A DNA stretch of 62,708 nucleotides, counting the filler. It is 5 parts of 5 records of this genome, joined end to end, with 100 filler letters (N's around TTAATTAATTAA, not from the genome) between each part and the next. Parts side by side here need not be neighbours in the genome. Positions count along the whole stretch, not along the records: positions 16,264 to 29,031 come from SRR31156797_8274; positions 29,132 to 43,479 come from SRR31156797_8287; 3 more parts are not named here. One strand, 5' to 3'. The notes below the pieces were generated by a model, which ran no database searches, was not told the DNA's origin, and saw only the letters and a program-made list of their open reading frames with translations. Below, piece after piece: positions 21,464 through 31,829 of the stretch. The position numbers and the translations under genes are program-made. The stretch's first letter is position 1, and the number at the start of each line of letters is the position of its first letter.

Positions 21464-21579
21464 GGAAATAGCAAAACGTGCAAGTGATTTAAGGTCCGTT
21501 CATAAGATTTTTTGAATATAAAACATACATATTTGTACTGGTATGTTCCCTTGGGTTTAATGCTGGGATTTGGAATGAT

Positions 21580-21891
21580 ATGCTTGGGTGTGTCACGGTA
21601 TTATTTTGGATTCCCTGCACACATAAGCTTGCATCCTTCTGCTTTGATTTTCAGGATATTCACCATCTTTGGGATGCCAGGTTGTTAAGTGAAGCAAAAA
21701 ATCAAGCCCCACCGGAAGGCGCAGAACCCTCCCAGGATTATTTTCATCTCCTTGAAAAGGCCTGGCACAGGTTTTATCCTGGAAAAGAAAACCCCTATAA
21801 CGCCCTTTCCTGTTATGAAAAGCTGGCAGCCCAGGTGGCTGCACCGGCCTCTAAAGTTAAAAAACATATAAAAGGAAAATACCATGATTGA
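21580..21891 (+). CDS. Hypothetical protein (start uncertain)
   Basis: Frame open from 21493; stop overlaps the phosphatase start. Confidence 0.4.
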   Translation: MLGCVTVLFWIPCTHKLASFCFDFQDIHHLWDARLLSEAKNQAPPEGAEPSQDYFHLLEKAWHRFYPGKENPYNALSCYEKLAAQVAAPASKVKKHIKGKYHD

Positions 21892-22627
21892 TATTCATTG
21901 TCATATCCTGCCCGGCCTGGATGATGGACCCTCCAATATGGAAAAGGCCGTTGAGATGGCCTTGACTGCTGTGCAGTCGGGCACCTCACGGATAATTGCC
22001 ACCCCCCATTTTAAAAACGGGGTATTTGAGGTGAGTCCGAATATGGTGAACGCCTCTGTTAAGATGTTTACCAGGGTACTTGAAGAAAAAAAGATTGCCC
22101 TTGAGGTGCTCCCAGGTGCGGAAATTCGTATATCGCCGGAGACCTGTTCCCTGCTGGATCAAGGCGAACTGATGCCTTTGGGGGATTCCAGGTATTATCT
22201 TTTTGAACTGCCGGATATCTTTATCAAAGAGGGGATCATGATGGTGTTGCGGCAGTTGCGGCAGCGGGAGGTGATCCCGGTTATTGCGCATCCGGAACGT
22301 AATCGAACCATTCAGCTGCATCCGGAAATAATTCCGGAATTTATTTTTGAAAATGCCTTGTTCCAGGTCACAGGAAAAAGTGTGACAGGTGAAAATGGAA
22401 AGCGCAGCTTTAAGATTGCCCGGAATATGGTCAAAGAGGGACAGGCTCATTTTGTGGCATCTGATGGCCATAACATCCGGCACAGGCCCCCTTGTCTTGG
22501 TGATGCTGTAAAAGCCGTAAAAAAAGCAGGAGGAAAGAAGGCGGTCAGAACTATTTTTGAAGAGAATCCTGCAAAAATAGTGGCAGATTCGAGCTGGGCT
22601 GATGCTACTGGGAAACTGGTGGGATGA
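21884..22627 (+). CDS. CpsB/CapC PHP-family tyrosine-protein phosphatase
   Basis: MIDIHCHILPGLDDG, ATPH, IAHPERN, ASDGH. Confidence 0.93.
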   Translation: MIDIHCHILPGLDDGPSNMEKAVEMALTAVQSGTSRIIATPHFKNGVFEVSPNMVNASVKMFTRVLEEKKIALEVLPGAEIRISPETCSLLDQGELMPLGDSRYYLFELPDIFIKEGIMMVLRQLRQREVIPVIAHPERNRTIQLHPEIIPEFIFENALFQVTGKSVTGENGKRSFKIARNMVKEGQAHFVASDGHNIRHRPPCLGDAVKAVKKAGGKKAVRTIFEENPAKIVADSSWADATGKLVG

Positions 22628-22864
22628 GATGACACGTGACAGCAATTCTAAATATGAAATTTTAGGTGAAAAACTCGCACAAAGACACAAAGGCACAAAG
22701 ATTATATTAAATGCGGGTCTGACCCTGATTGCCATCTGTTTTTATTTGGAATCCCCCCCCAAAAAAAAATACGCTTCAAAATAGCGTTAGGCTTAGCTTT
22801 TCAGGGCAAAAACAAGGGGTTTTCGACAGGTCAGACCTCACACCCCATTACAGTTGACAGCTTT

Positions 22865-23272
22865 ATGGTGTATATGCTGGACACTGATATTTGCATTTAT
22901 ACCATCAAACGCAAGCCTGCTCAGGTGTTAAAACACCTTCAATCTCTACAAGCAGGAATGGTACTCATGTCATCAATCACATTTGCAGAGTTGATGAATG
23001 GCGCAAAAAACAGCAACTATGTGAAAGATAATACACGACGTTTGGAAGCTTTGAGTGAAATTATCGAAGTTGTTCCTTTTGATAAGGATGCCGCTATTGA
23101 GTATGGGAATATCCGTTCAGACCTTGAAAAAAGAGGGATGATTATCGGCGACAACGATATATTAATAGCTGCACATGCCATCAGCAGGAATTTGGTTCTT
23201 GTAACGAACAATACGAGAGAATTCAGCCGTGTAAGTGGATTACAAATTGAGAATTGGGCTGCAGATTATTGA
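22865..23272 (+). CDS. vapC: PIN-domain VapC toxin
   Basis: YMLDTDICI, AEL, DILIAAHA, LVTNNTREF.RV.GL.IENW. Confidence 0.92.
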   Translation: MVYMLDTDICIYTIKRKPAQVLKHLQSLQAGMVLMSSITFAELMNGAKNSNYVKDNTRRLEALSEIIEVVPFDKDAAIEYGNIRSDLEKRGMIIGDNDILIAAHAISRNLVLVTNNTREFSRVSGLQIENWAADY

Positions 23273-23386
23273 AGGAGTGCGCGACCAATCACTGGGAAGA
23301 GAGGTTGACCTGTAAACATGTATCTTTTGGATACAAATGTTATTTCCGAAATGAAATATACGTTTTATCTCATCAAGTAAAAAAAA

Positions 23387-23689
23387 TTATCGGGGGCTTC
23401 TGTAAAGGTCGTCATGATCAAGGACCCGAAGAAGCTTAACAGGTGCTGTCCAGTCCGGAGCGCCAGTGGATGGATGCAATGTTGGTTCAAATGATATTCT
23501 GTATTTTTTATCTACACGGGCAGACCATGCACCAGGATCCTTAATGATCCGTTCGATTCTAAGACCCGGGTGTATTGGATTGCTCTCAAGAAAATTGAGG
23601 GTTTCAGCAATTTTTTTTAAAATTGTTTTCTGCTGTTTGAAACTTTCCAGATCGGAAACAAATTTTTTATTCGGAATCAGTTCCGGCAT
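23387..23689 (-). CDS. RelE/ParE-like toxin
   Basis: HPGLRIERI...WSARVDKKYRISF...LLRVLDHDDLY; overlaps the upstream AbrB gene; start taken as MPELIPN. Confidence 0.75.
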   Translation of the reverse strand: MPELIPNKKFVSDLESFKQQKTILKKIAETLNFLESNPIHPGLRIERIIKDPGAWSARVDKKYRISFEPTLHPSTGAPDWTAPVKLLRVLDHDDLYRSPR

Positions 23690-23930
23690 TGTTCCGTTCC
23701 TCTTCAAACCAATCCGGTAGTTTGCATTTTTCCGAAGACCGGGCTTTCTTGAGTTTTTCCAAGCCGGATGCATTTAGTTTGATTGTTCTGTAAAATTCAA
23801 CCGGTTGAAGAATCAAGGTGCCTCCTGGCTCCATTGAAAGTTCAAGGTGGCTTCCCTGTGTGATACCAAGTTCTTTTCTAATGGCTGCTGGCAGGCTGAT
23901 GCTGCCTCTTTTGTCAATGGTAACGATCAT
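23667..23930 (-). CDS. AbrB/MazE/SpoVT family antitoxin
   Basis: TIDKRGSISLPAAIRKELGI..G swapped-hairpin motif. Confidence 0.88.
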   Translation of the reverse strand: MIVTIDKRGSISLPAAIRKELGITQGSHLELSMEPGGTLILQPVEFYRTIKLNASGLEKLKKARSSEKCKLPDWFEEERNNAGTDSE

Positions 23931-24092
23931 GGGCTGCTCCTATATATTGTATAATTAAATATCATATTGTCAAAATGTCATTTTGTCAATTGTTCAAAAC
24001 TATGACATGAAGAATATATTCCAAAAATCAATCTTCATGCTCTTCATGGTCAAAATAAAGGAAAGATAAGACGGGGAAACGGGTGGGATTAG

Positions 24093-25301
24093 ATGATACG
24101 TGATGCACGATTGGTTTTTACTGTAGTTCTTTGGATAACATCAGTATGGACAGGGGCGGTGTCAGCCGGGGACAGGTTTTTGATCAAACCCATGATAGAG
24201 ACGGATTACCGGGTTGACTCTAATTTTTATAGTGACAATACCGATGAACGCACTGTCAGTACTCTGACCATCAGTCCCGGGCTTGAGTTTGGTTTTGAAA
24301 CGGCAAAAAGCCAGGTTAAAGCATTGGGCGCATTTAATTTCAATTATTATGATGACCTGGATGATGTGCCGGCCGGGACAGATGCTTCAGATGAGAACAA
24401 TTATGCCGGATATAGGTTAAAGCTTTCCGCAAAAACCATGCTGTTTACCCGGATTACAACCGGGCTTGAAAGCCGCATGCTCAAGACAAGGAATCCCAAG
24501 GAACGGGATGAACTTGACAATTTTATTGATACTGAAAAGTATACGATTAATCGGTTCCGGCCCTGGATCAAGTACCAGATCACTCCCCGGATTTCTGCCG
24601 GGATGGAGGTTAATACCACTGGCATTGATTATACCGAAAGTTCTGAATATGATTCGTTTTTGTTCAAAGGAAAAGGACGGCTTTACTACGAAATCAGTAA
24701 ATTCACTACGGTGGATCTCGAATATGCCCAAGGGGGTATGGACTATGACACGGACGCCTTGGATTACGCCTCAAAAAAATATGGAATGAATATTGTCAGT
24801 CGGTACAAGTATTTTAAACTGGACGCAGGGATCGGATATCATGAGCGCGATTTTGACCAGGCCGGGGAGGATGCCATGGATACGCCTTATTGGCACATTT
24901 CCATCAAAGGGCAGAATCCGTCGGTACTGGGCAAAGATGAAAGGCCTAGAAGCTACATGACCTTGAAATTTAACCAGGATTTTAACGATACCGGATTCAA
25001 TAATTCGTATTACCGGGCGGACCGGGTGACCCTGATCCTGGGACACCTGTTTATGGAAAAGATAGATGCAAGATTAAAAAGTTATTATCAAAAAAGCGAT
25101 TATGAAAATAGTTGGATAGCAGACCGGGAAGACGATACGTTGTTTCTTTCTTTAATGCTTTCCTATTTTTTGAACCGGCGGTTTACTCTGGCAATGGAAT
25201 CAGGTCTGGAATCACGGGATTCTTCCTATGACGATTATGATTATGATAACAGCTTTGTGCTGTTTAAATTAACTTTTAACTACGATTTGGGAAAAGGCTG
25301 A
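24093..25301 (+). CDS. Outer-membrane beta-barrel protein of EPS export (BBP2 type)
   Basis: Signal peptide, alternating aromatic beta strands, upstream of the wza-like gene. Confidence 0.75.
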   Translation: MIRDARLVFTVVLWITSVWTGAVSAGDRFLIKPMIETDYRVDSNFYSDNTDERTVSTLTISPGLEFGFETAKSQVKALGAFNFNYYDDLDDVPAGTDASDENNYAGYRLKLSAKTMLFTRITTGLESRMLKTRNPKERDELDNFIDTEKYTINRFRPWIKYQITPRISAGMEVNTTGIDYTESSEYDSFLFKGKGRLYYEISKFTTVDLEYAQGGMDYDTDALDYASKKYGMNIVSRYKYFKLDAGIGYHERDFDQAGEDAMDTPYWHISIKGQNPSVLGKDERPRSYMTLKFNQDFNDTGFNNSYYRADRVTLILGHLFMEKIDARLKSYYQKSDYENSWIADREDDTLFLSLMLSYFLNRRFTLAMESGLESRDSSYDDYDYDNSFVLFKLTFNYDLGKG

Positions 25302-26176
25302 TGAAACAAGTAGTTATACTGACTTTATTGTTCTCCTTGGTGACGGCAGGTACAGGTTTATGCCAGACAGATACCTATCACGTAGGTCCCAGGGATGTAC
25401 TTACCGTTGCCATTTATGCCGGTGGTGTTGAGCAGGAAACGGTGGTGGTTACCGTGTCCGAGCACGGCAAAATAAATGTGCCGTTTATCGGGGCGGTCAC
25501 CGCCCGGGGACTGACCCTGGCTGAACTGGAAATCGCCATTCAGGGTCCCCTTGAACGGGATTATTTTGTCGATCCCCAGGTTAATGCCCAGATAAAAGAG
25601 TACCACAGCATCAACTTTTTCATTTCCGGTGCGGTTAAAAAACCGGGCCAGTACGAAATGACTTCCGCCACCAATTTTCTTGAACTGGTGGCCCGGGCTG
25701 AGGGGTTGCTCAAGGAACGGGGCTCCATTGCCTATGTACTGCGAGAAACCCATGGCATCAACACGGAAGAAGATGTCAAGAAAGCCATTAAAAATAATGC
25801 CACCATTAAGGTGGATTTAACCCGGCTGCTGGATGAGGGCGACATGTCCCATAATATCAGTCTGGTTCCCGGGGATATCGTTTATGTTCCAAGGGCCAAC
25901 AAACTGAACCAGTCCGTATACAAAATCTATGTGGAAGGCGAGGTTAAAAAACCCGGGATCTATGATTACCAGCCCGGGATGACGGCCATAGGGGCCTGTG
26001 TCCTGGCCGGTGGATTTGACAAGTATGCCGCCATATCGCGGGTAAAAATCGTAAGAAATGAAAACGGTAAACAAAAGATCATCAAGGTGAATATGGAAAA
26101 GGTACAGGACGGCCGGACCCCGGATATCCCCATAAAACCCGGTGACCGCATTCATATACCTGAAACCTGGCTTTAA
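25301..26176 (+). CDS. wza: Polysaccharide export protein (Wza/SLBB)
   Basis: YHVGPRDVL, GKINVPFIG, two SLBB repeats (GAVKKPG, GEVKKPG). Confidence 0.88.
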   Translation: MKQVVILTLLFSLVTAGTGLCQTDTYHVGPRDVLTVAIYAGGVEQETVVVTVSEHGKINVPFIGAVTARGLTLAELEIAIQGPLERDYFVDPQVNAQIKEYHSINFFISGAVKKPGQYEMTSATNFLELVARAEGLLKERGSIAYVLRETHGINTEEDVKKAIKNNATIKVDLTRLLDEGDMSHNISLVPGDIVYVPRANKLNQSVYKIYVEGEVKKPGIYDYQPGMTAIGACVLAGGFDKYAAISRVKIVRNENGKQKIIKVNMEKVQDGRTPDIPIKPGDRIHIPETWL

Positions 26177-26187
26177 GGAGCAGTCAT

Positions 26188-27732
26188 ATGACATCTGATA
26201 CCCCAGAAAAGATCAATGAAGCAGAGATCCATCTATCCGACTACCTGAATGTGGTGCTGAACCGCAAGGGGCTGATTCTGTCCTTTTTGCTGCTGACTGT
26301 GGTGGCAACCGCTGTATTCACTTTTAGTACAAAACCGGTGTACCAGGCCAGATCAAAGCTTGTGATCGGATTGAAAAGAAATGTGTCGCCCATTTCAGGC
26401 CAGGCATATTCCATGGATAGCTTTTATTCGGAAGAAAAAAATTTTAACACCCATTTCAAGCTGATTACCTCAAAGCCTGTGCTTAAGCTGGTGGCCCGGG
26501 AGGTGGATTTAACGCCTGATACGGAATTTGAATCCACCAATCCAATTGTCAGGTACATGATACGGGTAAAAGACAATATCAAGCTGATTAAAACTGCAGT
26601 TAAGGATTTCATAAAGCAATTTTTACCGGAACCTGAGCAAACCTTAGAGGATGGATTGTTAGAACAGGCCATGGATACTGCCTACCGTCAGCTTTTATCC
26701 AGGATTACGGTTAATCCGGTGGAAGAGACCCGGATTATGGAAATTGTGGCGGAAGACACCGATCCGCTACGGGCCCGGGACATTGCCAATGCAGTGGCTC
26801 GAAAGTACATTGAATTTGATCTCTCCACCAAGCTGAAATCATCCACAGACAAGCTGAACTGGATGACCAATGAGCTTTACGGGGTGAAAAAAAAGTTGGA
26901 AGATGCGGAAAAAGAGTTCATTGATTACAAGCAGTCCCAGAAGATGTTTTCCATGGAAGGCAGGCAGACCCTGATCACCCAGAAGATCGCCTCCTTTAAC
27001 CAAAAATACCTTGAAATAAAAAACAAAAAGCTGGAGCTTGATACAAAACTTCAGGGGCTTCGGGCCGCCATAGGAAACAGTACCAACATCATGCGGATCA
27101 AATCCCTGGTGGATGATCCCATTATAAAAGATTTGTATTCGACCCTGACCTCTCTGGAAATTGAAAAGGGACATCTGTCAAAGGTATACAAACCCAAACA
27201 TCCTAAAATCGTTGAGGTTGAGTCCAAGATTCAAAACACCAGTGCCAAGCTGAGAATAGAATTGGGAAAAAAGATGGCGGCCATGAAGCAGGAACGCAAT
27301 ATCCTGGCCAGCCAGGAGCGGGAGATTAAAAAGCAGATTGCAGATTTTGAAAATGAGGCCATGCAAACCAGTGAGAAGGAGTTGGCCTATAATATTTACC
27401 AGCGCAACGTCAATACCAGCCAGCAGCTTTATGATATTTTGTTGTCCCAGGTAAAAGAGTCCAATATTCTTCAATCTTCGGATGCGTCTAACCTGACCGT
27501 TGTGGAAACTGCGGATCTGCCTGAAAAACCGCTGAAGCCTAACAAGAAACGTAATTTTTTGCTCAGTATTGTGCTGGGGATTTTTGGCGGGGTGGGAGTG
27601 GCATTCTTCCTTGAATACCTTGACCAGACCATTCGAAATGAAGAGGATGCAGAGCGGTTTATAGGGTATCCTGTGATTGCTGTTGTGCCGGATGCAAGTT
27701 TGAACAGCGCCTCATATGGAGGGTACAAATAG
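26188..27732 (+). CDS. GumC/Wzc-type polysaccharide co-polymerase, membrane component
   Basis: Two TM helices flanking a coiled-coil, YKPKHPK, P..P.KP, EYLD. Confidence 0.9.
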   Translation: MTSDTPEKINEAEIHLSDYLNVVLNRKGLILSFLLLTVVATAVFTFSTKPVYQARSKLVIGLKRNVSPISGQAYSMDSFYSEEKNFNTHFKLITSKPVLKLVAREVDLTPDTEFESTNPIVRYMIRVKDNIKLIKTAVKDFIKQFLPEPEQTLEDGLLEQAMDTAYRQLLSRITVNPVEETRIMEIVAEDTDPLRARDIANAVARKYIEFDLSTKLKSSTDKLNWMTNELYGVKKKLEDAEKEFIDYKQSQKMFSMEGRQTLITQKIASFNQKYLEIKNKKLELDTKLQGLRAAIGNSTNIMRIKSLVDDPIIKDLYSTLTSLEIEKGHLSKVYKPKHPKIVEVESKIQNTSAKLRIELGKKMAAMKQERNILASQEREIKKQIADFENEAMQTSEKELAYNIYQRNVNTSQQLYDILLSQVKESNILQSSDASNLTVVETADLPEKPLKPNKKRNFLLSIVLGIFGGVGVAFFLEYLDQTIRNEEDAERFIGYPVIAVVPDASLNSASYGGYK

Positions 27733-28965
27733 ATGTTGAAGCTGAAAAAAAAGATTAAAGAGGGAAAAAATACCCTGCTGGACCAATATCCTGCCAAGTC
27801 CGGGTATGCAGAATCCTACAGGACCATGCGGACCAACCTTCAGTTTACCTCCATGGACAGGGATCTGAATGTTATTTGTGTGACCAGTGCCACGGAGAAG
27901 GAGGGTAAGACCAATACGGCGGCCAACCTGGCTTACACCATGGCCCAGACCGGCCGGCGTGTGCTGATGGTGGATTGTGATTTAAGAAAACCCGGGCTGA
28001 CCCAGCGGTTTGGTAAAAAAGGGGAGGCCGGGCTGTCCGAGTTGGTATCGGAGAAATTAGGCTCCCTAATGGCTGAGGGGTCAACTGCAGCGATCAAACT
28101 CAATGATTTGGTTAAGCTGAACAATTTGCAAAAACGTACCGGGGTCCTTGCCATCACTGATGAAAAAAACTCGGTTGAGCTAAATTTTTGCAACGGCAGC
28201 CTGACTGACTTGTACTGGAAAAACCGGCCGGACAGTAAGAAACTTGCCTCCTCCCTGGTGGCGGCCAATCTTTTGACAAAAGAGCAGGCCCAGATTGCCA
28301 TAGGCCACCAGCGACGTTCGGTGCAGAAGTTGGGAACCATTTTGACCACCATGGGTATGATTACCATGACGGATCTGAAAAAACATCTGTCCATGCATAT
28401 TGTGGAGGCGTTTAAAACAGCGGCATCCATTTATAACGGACGGTTTAAATTTACGACTATGCCCGCCAGCCAGATTGATACCACGATTGAGCATGATGTC
28501 AATTTTGAAAAATTGTTCCAGGAGTTTCTGGATGAAGGCCACCAGTTTCCCTATCTGGCCGATATGATTGAGTCGGTGGTAACCAAAACAGAGGTTGAGA
28601 ATCTATATCTTGTGCCGTCCGGAAAAATTCCGCCTAACCCGGCGGAGATGATCAGTTCCGGTAAAATGGAATTTGTTTTGAATCATCTTTCCCATGTGTA
28701 TGATTTTGTTATCATTGACACCCCGCCGGTGCTGCCGGCAAGTGATGCTTTGGTGTTGTCTCCGGGAACAGACGGGGTGCTGCTGGTTGTCAAGGCCAGC
28801 CAGGTGAGCAGGAAGTATATCAAGGACGCTGTCAAGCAACTTGAGTCTGTGGGAACAAAAATTCTTGGTGTGGTGCTGAACCGGGTGGATATGAACCGGG
28901 AAAGCTATTACAGGCATTACAGTAAATATTATACGTCATACTATGGAGACGATGCCGAGGCGTAA
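27733..28965 (+). CDS. CpsD/CapB bacterial tyrosine kinase with internal DUF4388-like insertion
   Basis: ESYRTMRTNL, Walker A EGKT, VDCDLRKP, IIDTPP, C-terminal Tyr cluster. Confidence 0.9.
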   Translation: MLKLKKKIKEGKNTLLDQYPAKSGYAESYRTMRTNLQFTSMDRDLNVICVTSATEKEGKTNTAANLAYTMAQTGRRVLMVDCDLRKPGLTQRFGKKGEAGLSELVSEKLGSLMAEGSTAAIKLNDLVKLNNLQKRTGVLAITDEKNSVELNFCNGSLTDLYWKNRPDSKKLASSLVAANLLTKEQAQIAIGHQRRSVQKLGTILTTMGMITMTDLKKHLSMHIVEAFKTAASIYNGRFKFTTMPASQIDTTIEHDVNFEKLFQEFLDEGHQFPYLADMIESVVTKTEVENLYLVPSGKIPPNPAEMISSGKMEFVLNHLSHVYDFVIIDTPPVLPASDALVLSPGTDGVLLVVKASQVSRKYIKDAVKQLESVGTKILGVVLNRVDMNRESYYRHYSKYYTSYYGDDAEA

Positions 28966-29031
28966 ATGTCTGGACGGAAGTTCACCCATCTGCGGTCCTA
29001 ATAAGTAAATGTTCGACCAGCACCTCATATT

Positions 29032-29131
29032 NNNNNNNNNNNNNNNNNNNNNNNNNNNNNNNNNNNNNNNNNNNNTTAATTAATTAANNNNNNNNNNNNN
29101 NNNNNNNNNNNNNNNNNNNNNNNNNNNNNNN
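29032..29131. other. Artificial contig linker
   Basis: 100 nt of N surrounding TTAATTAATTAA. Confidence 0.98.
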
Positions 29132-29347
29132 CGAAATCCATTTTATTTAGGACAGCTCTGAGTGGGTATATGAAGTAGGGATATAATATTCCGTTTGCCC
29201 GATAAAAAATTTCAGGCTTTGAATATATAATTATGGGATTATCTTCGATACAAAGAAATCAGATGAAGTTTCAGCATTCTCTGTTACATTTTACTGAATT
29301 TTAATCACAATAATTTGTAGTTTTTTTTAAGATTTTCAGAAGGGGAT

Positions 29348-29378
29348 AAAAAAAAAGGCTTGAAAAAAATTCAAGCCT
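29348..29378 (-). terminator. Intrinsic terminator
   Basis: AGGCTTGAA/TTCAAGCCT stem followed by a T run on the minus strand. Confidence 0.75.
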
Positions 29379-29402
29379 CTTCGTTTTAATAATGATTTCA
29401 TT

Positions 29403-31577
29403 TTAATAAATGACATTGTTGTTGCGATAGTCTGGCGAGGTGTTACTGTACCAATCCTGGTAAGTGGAATTGCCTGATTGTGCCCAATCACCAAAATAAT
29501 TGTAAACATCTGTGATCTCAGATTTTTCAATCGGGTAGTCAAATAGTTCTGTGAACATGATTGCCCAAGGCAGATTTGAGCTTGTTTTGTAGTACCTGCC
29601 GGTTGCGGGATCACTATCATCCTGTGATGTGCCAAAGAGGTTTTCATCTGCCAGGTCAGTTGGTGGCATGTTTGGTAAATGGATTTCAGCAGCTCTCTCC
29701 TGGTTTTTAATGAGGAAGGGGTTGAAGTCTGCTTGACCCATATCTTCATCCGGAACTGCATTAATAAATGTAACTGTGATTAAGAGTTCGTCGGATGTTC
29801 CTGATCCGCCGCCCGGAATTGTATTGAACATAGAACCTGAAGTTTCTCTGTTGATGATGCTGTTTGCAGTTTCCACAGGAATGATCACTGCTTTTGCCTG
29901 TCCGGCTTCGGTGCCATTCGCGTTCAATGAGATGTTCATTTCATCACTTTCGTGGATAAATCCGCTAACCAGTTCAACATTATCAGGTGATACATTTTCG
30001 AGCTGGAAACCAAAACCGTTATCGAAAGATGCACCGATTGCTCTCACTTTAAAGGTGATCAATAAATCCTTTACCTCATTGTCGGCATTTTTAACCAGCG
30101 TTCCCGTATAGTCAAGAATCATGTCGTTGAAGTCATAGTCGCCGGTTGCCGGCCACAAATCTTCAAAACCTATGGTGCCCCAAGCACCTTCACTCGGAAA
30201 ATACGAGTTGCTTGCTCTTTCAGGATCATTTGGATATTCATCAATTTCATCTGGCACACCATCAAAGTCGGCGTCCACAATTTCCGGAGAACCGAATCCT
30301 GTTGGATTACAATCTGAAACAGGAAGTAACAAATTAACATCACCAGTTGGCGTAGTGTTTGCGCCATTTGTCAGGTTACCCGAAACATTTACCTCAACAC
30401 CGGGATCATAAGCAATCGTTAACGGGCCATCAATATCACCTTTAACGTCCATTTCTTCGGTTACCTGAACAATGGCATCACCATAAACTGTAAATTCTGA
30501 TTGGTTATTTGTGAAAAACCTCGGAGTCTTAATCATAGCCCCTTCATAAATGTAGGTGTGATCCTTGGTAAATTCAGCATCATCACCCGTTTCCAGGTAA
30601 CTGCCAGGCTCCATTGTAAATGTGCAACCGGGGTTATTTTGGTGGAATTTATCCTGTACAATGATCTTGCATGCGTTGTAGTTATCGGTTGCTGAATTCA
30701 GGCTCATGTGGCCATTTACCAGGATAGTCCCGTAATTCTCAAAATAGGAATCATTACCTGAGCTTTCCCAACTCCCATCCACATCTATGAGTCCGTTGTT
30801 GTAAACCCAGCCTTTTGGTGAAAAATTATTGTTGATGGCAAGTTCGGAGTTTGAAAAAACTTCTATTGAGGCATTTTCGTTCGTGAGTGAAAGATCGGAG
30901 AAAGTGGCGCTTCCACCCTGGGTAACAATCAAGTGATGGGAATTTTTATTCATCTGAACATTGTTAGTGAATACAGCATTCCCACAAATTTTAAGTGTGC
31001 CACCAGAATTTTTAAAGTCCAATTCACCTGTGAAGTCAACTGATAAAGAATAGGTGTCCCCACCTTCAATTTCAATTGTTCCCGAAGTTTGGGTAATGAT
31101 GATATCACTGGGTTCATTACATTCTGGATCAGAAAAAACCTTCATTTCTCCCTGGGAAGATTTCATGTTAAAATTGTAGCTGACCAGGTTTCCGGTAATG
31201 GGAGCTGTTGCAGTGCGGGTTTCACCAAAGGGCCCTTCCATTTTCAGAAATACATCCGAAACATACGACGCAATTTGTATGGTTGTGGTAAAGTTACTGC
31301 CCGGTGTTGCAGATCCGGAAACCAGCAATTTCCCATCCTCTGACGGGTTTTTTGTAAATACATACACCATCGATTTTGCTTCGTAGACCTTTGTTCCAGA
31401 AATACCCAAATTAACTTCCACATTTGTTGTGGTTTCCCAGTTGAAATCCTGAGGAACTTCCAGCTCACTCATGGATAATTTCTCATTTCCTGGATTCGGA
31501 TCATCTGTTGACTTGCGGCAGGATACAAATGTTAGTGCAATTACTGCGATTAACAAAACTACGTTTAATGCTTTCAT
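29403..31577 (-). CDS. LruC/DUF4842 domain-containing lipoprotein
   Basis: Lipobox FVSC; D.D.DGV.D..D.YP.DP; FEDLWP..GDYDFND; EIHL; PWA. Confidence 0.88.
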   Translation of the reverse strand: MKALNVVLLIAVIALTFVSCRKSTDDPNPGNEKLSMSELEVPQDFNWETTTNVEVNLGISGTKVYEAKSMVYVFTKNPSEDGKLLVSGSATPGSNFTTTIQIASYVSDVFLKMEGPFGETRTATAPITGNLVSYNFNMKSSQGEMKVFSDPECNEPSDIIITQTSGTIEIEGGDTYSLSVDFTGELDFKNSGGTLKICGNAVFTNNVQMNKNSHHLIVTQGGSATFSDLSLTNENASIEVFSNSELAINNNFSPKGWVYNNGLIDVDGSWESSGNDSYFENYGTILVNGHMSLNSATDNYNACKIIVQDKFHQNNPGCTFTMEPGSYLETGDDAEFTKDHTYIYEGAMIKTPRFFTNNQSEFTVYGDAIVQVTEEMDVKGDIDGPLTIAYDPGVEVNVSGNLTNGANTTPTGDVNLLLPVSDCNPTGFGSPEIVDADFDGVPDEIDEYPNDPERASNSYFPSEGAWGTIGFEDLWPATGDYDFNDMILDYTGTLVKNADNEVKDLLITFKVRAIGASFDNGFGFQLENVSPDNVELVSGFIHESDEMNISLNANGTEAGQAKAVIIPVETANSIINRETSGSMFNTIPGGGSGTSDELLITVTFINAVPDEDMGQADFNPFLIKNQERAAEIHLPNMPPTDLADENLFGTSQDDSDPATGRYYKTSSNLPWAIMFTELFDYPIEKSEITDVYNYFGDWAQSGNSTYQDWYSNTSPDYRNNNVIY

Positions 31578-31829
31578 TTCTTATTGTTTTTGGTAGTGAA
31601 TATCAAATCTAAAATTTAATGAGCACTTTTTGTACCATTATTTGTAACAATCAGAAAATCAGTATTATATTATTTCGGATGGTGAAATTCATACAACCAA
31701 TCAGCTTCAAAATTGGAAAAAAGACCCATTATTGGACAAATGCCAAAATAAAGAATTGATTTCCGGGGACGGAACTCTCGTTATGAGATGATTTCTAATT
31801 TACACCAGCAGGTTTGAGGCGATTGATGA

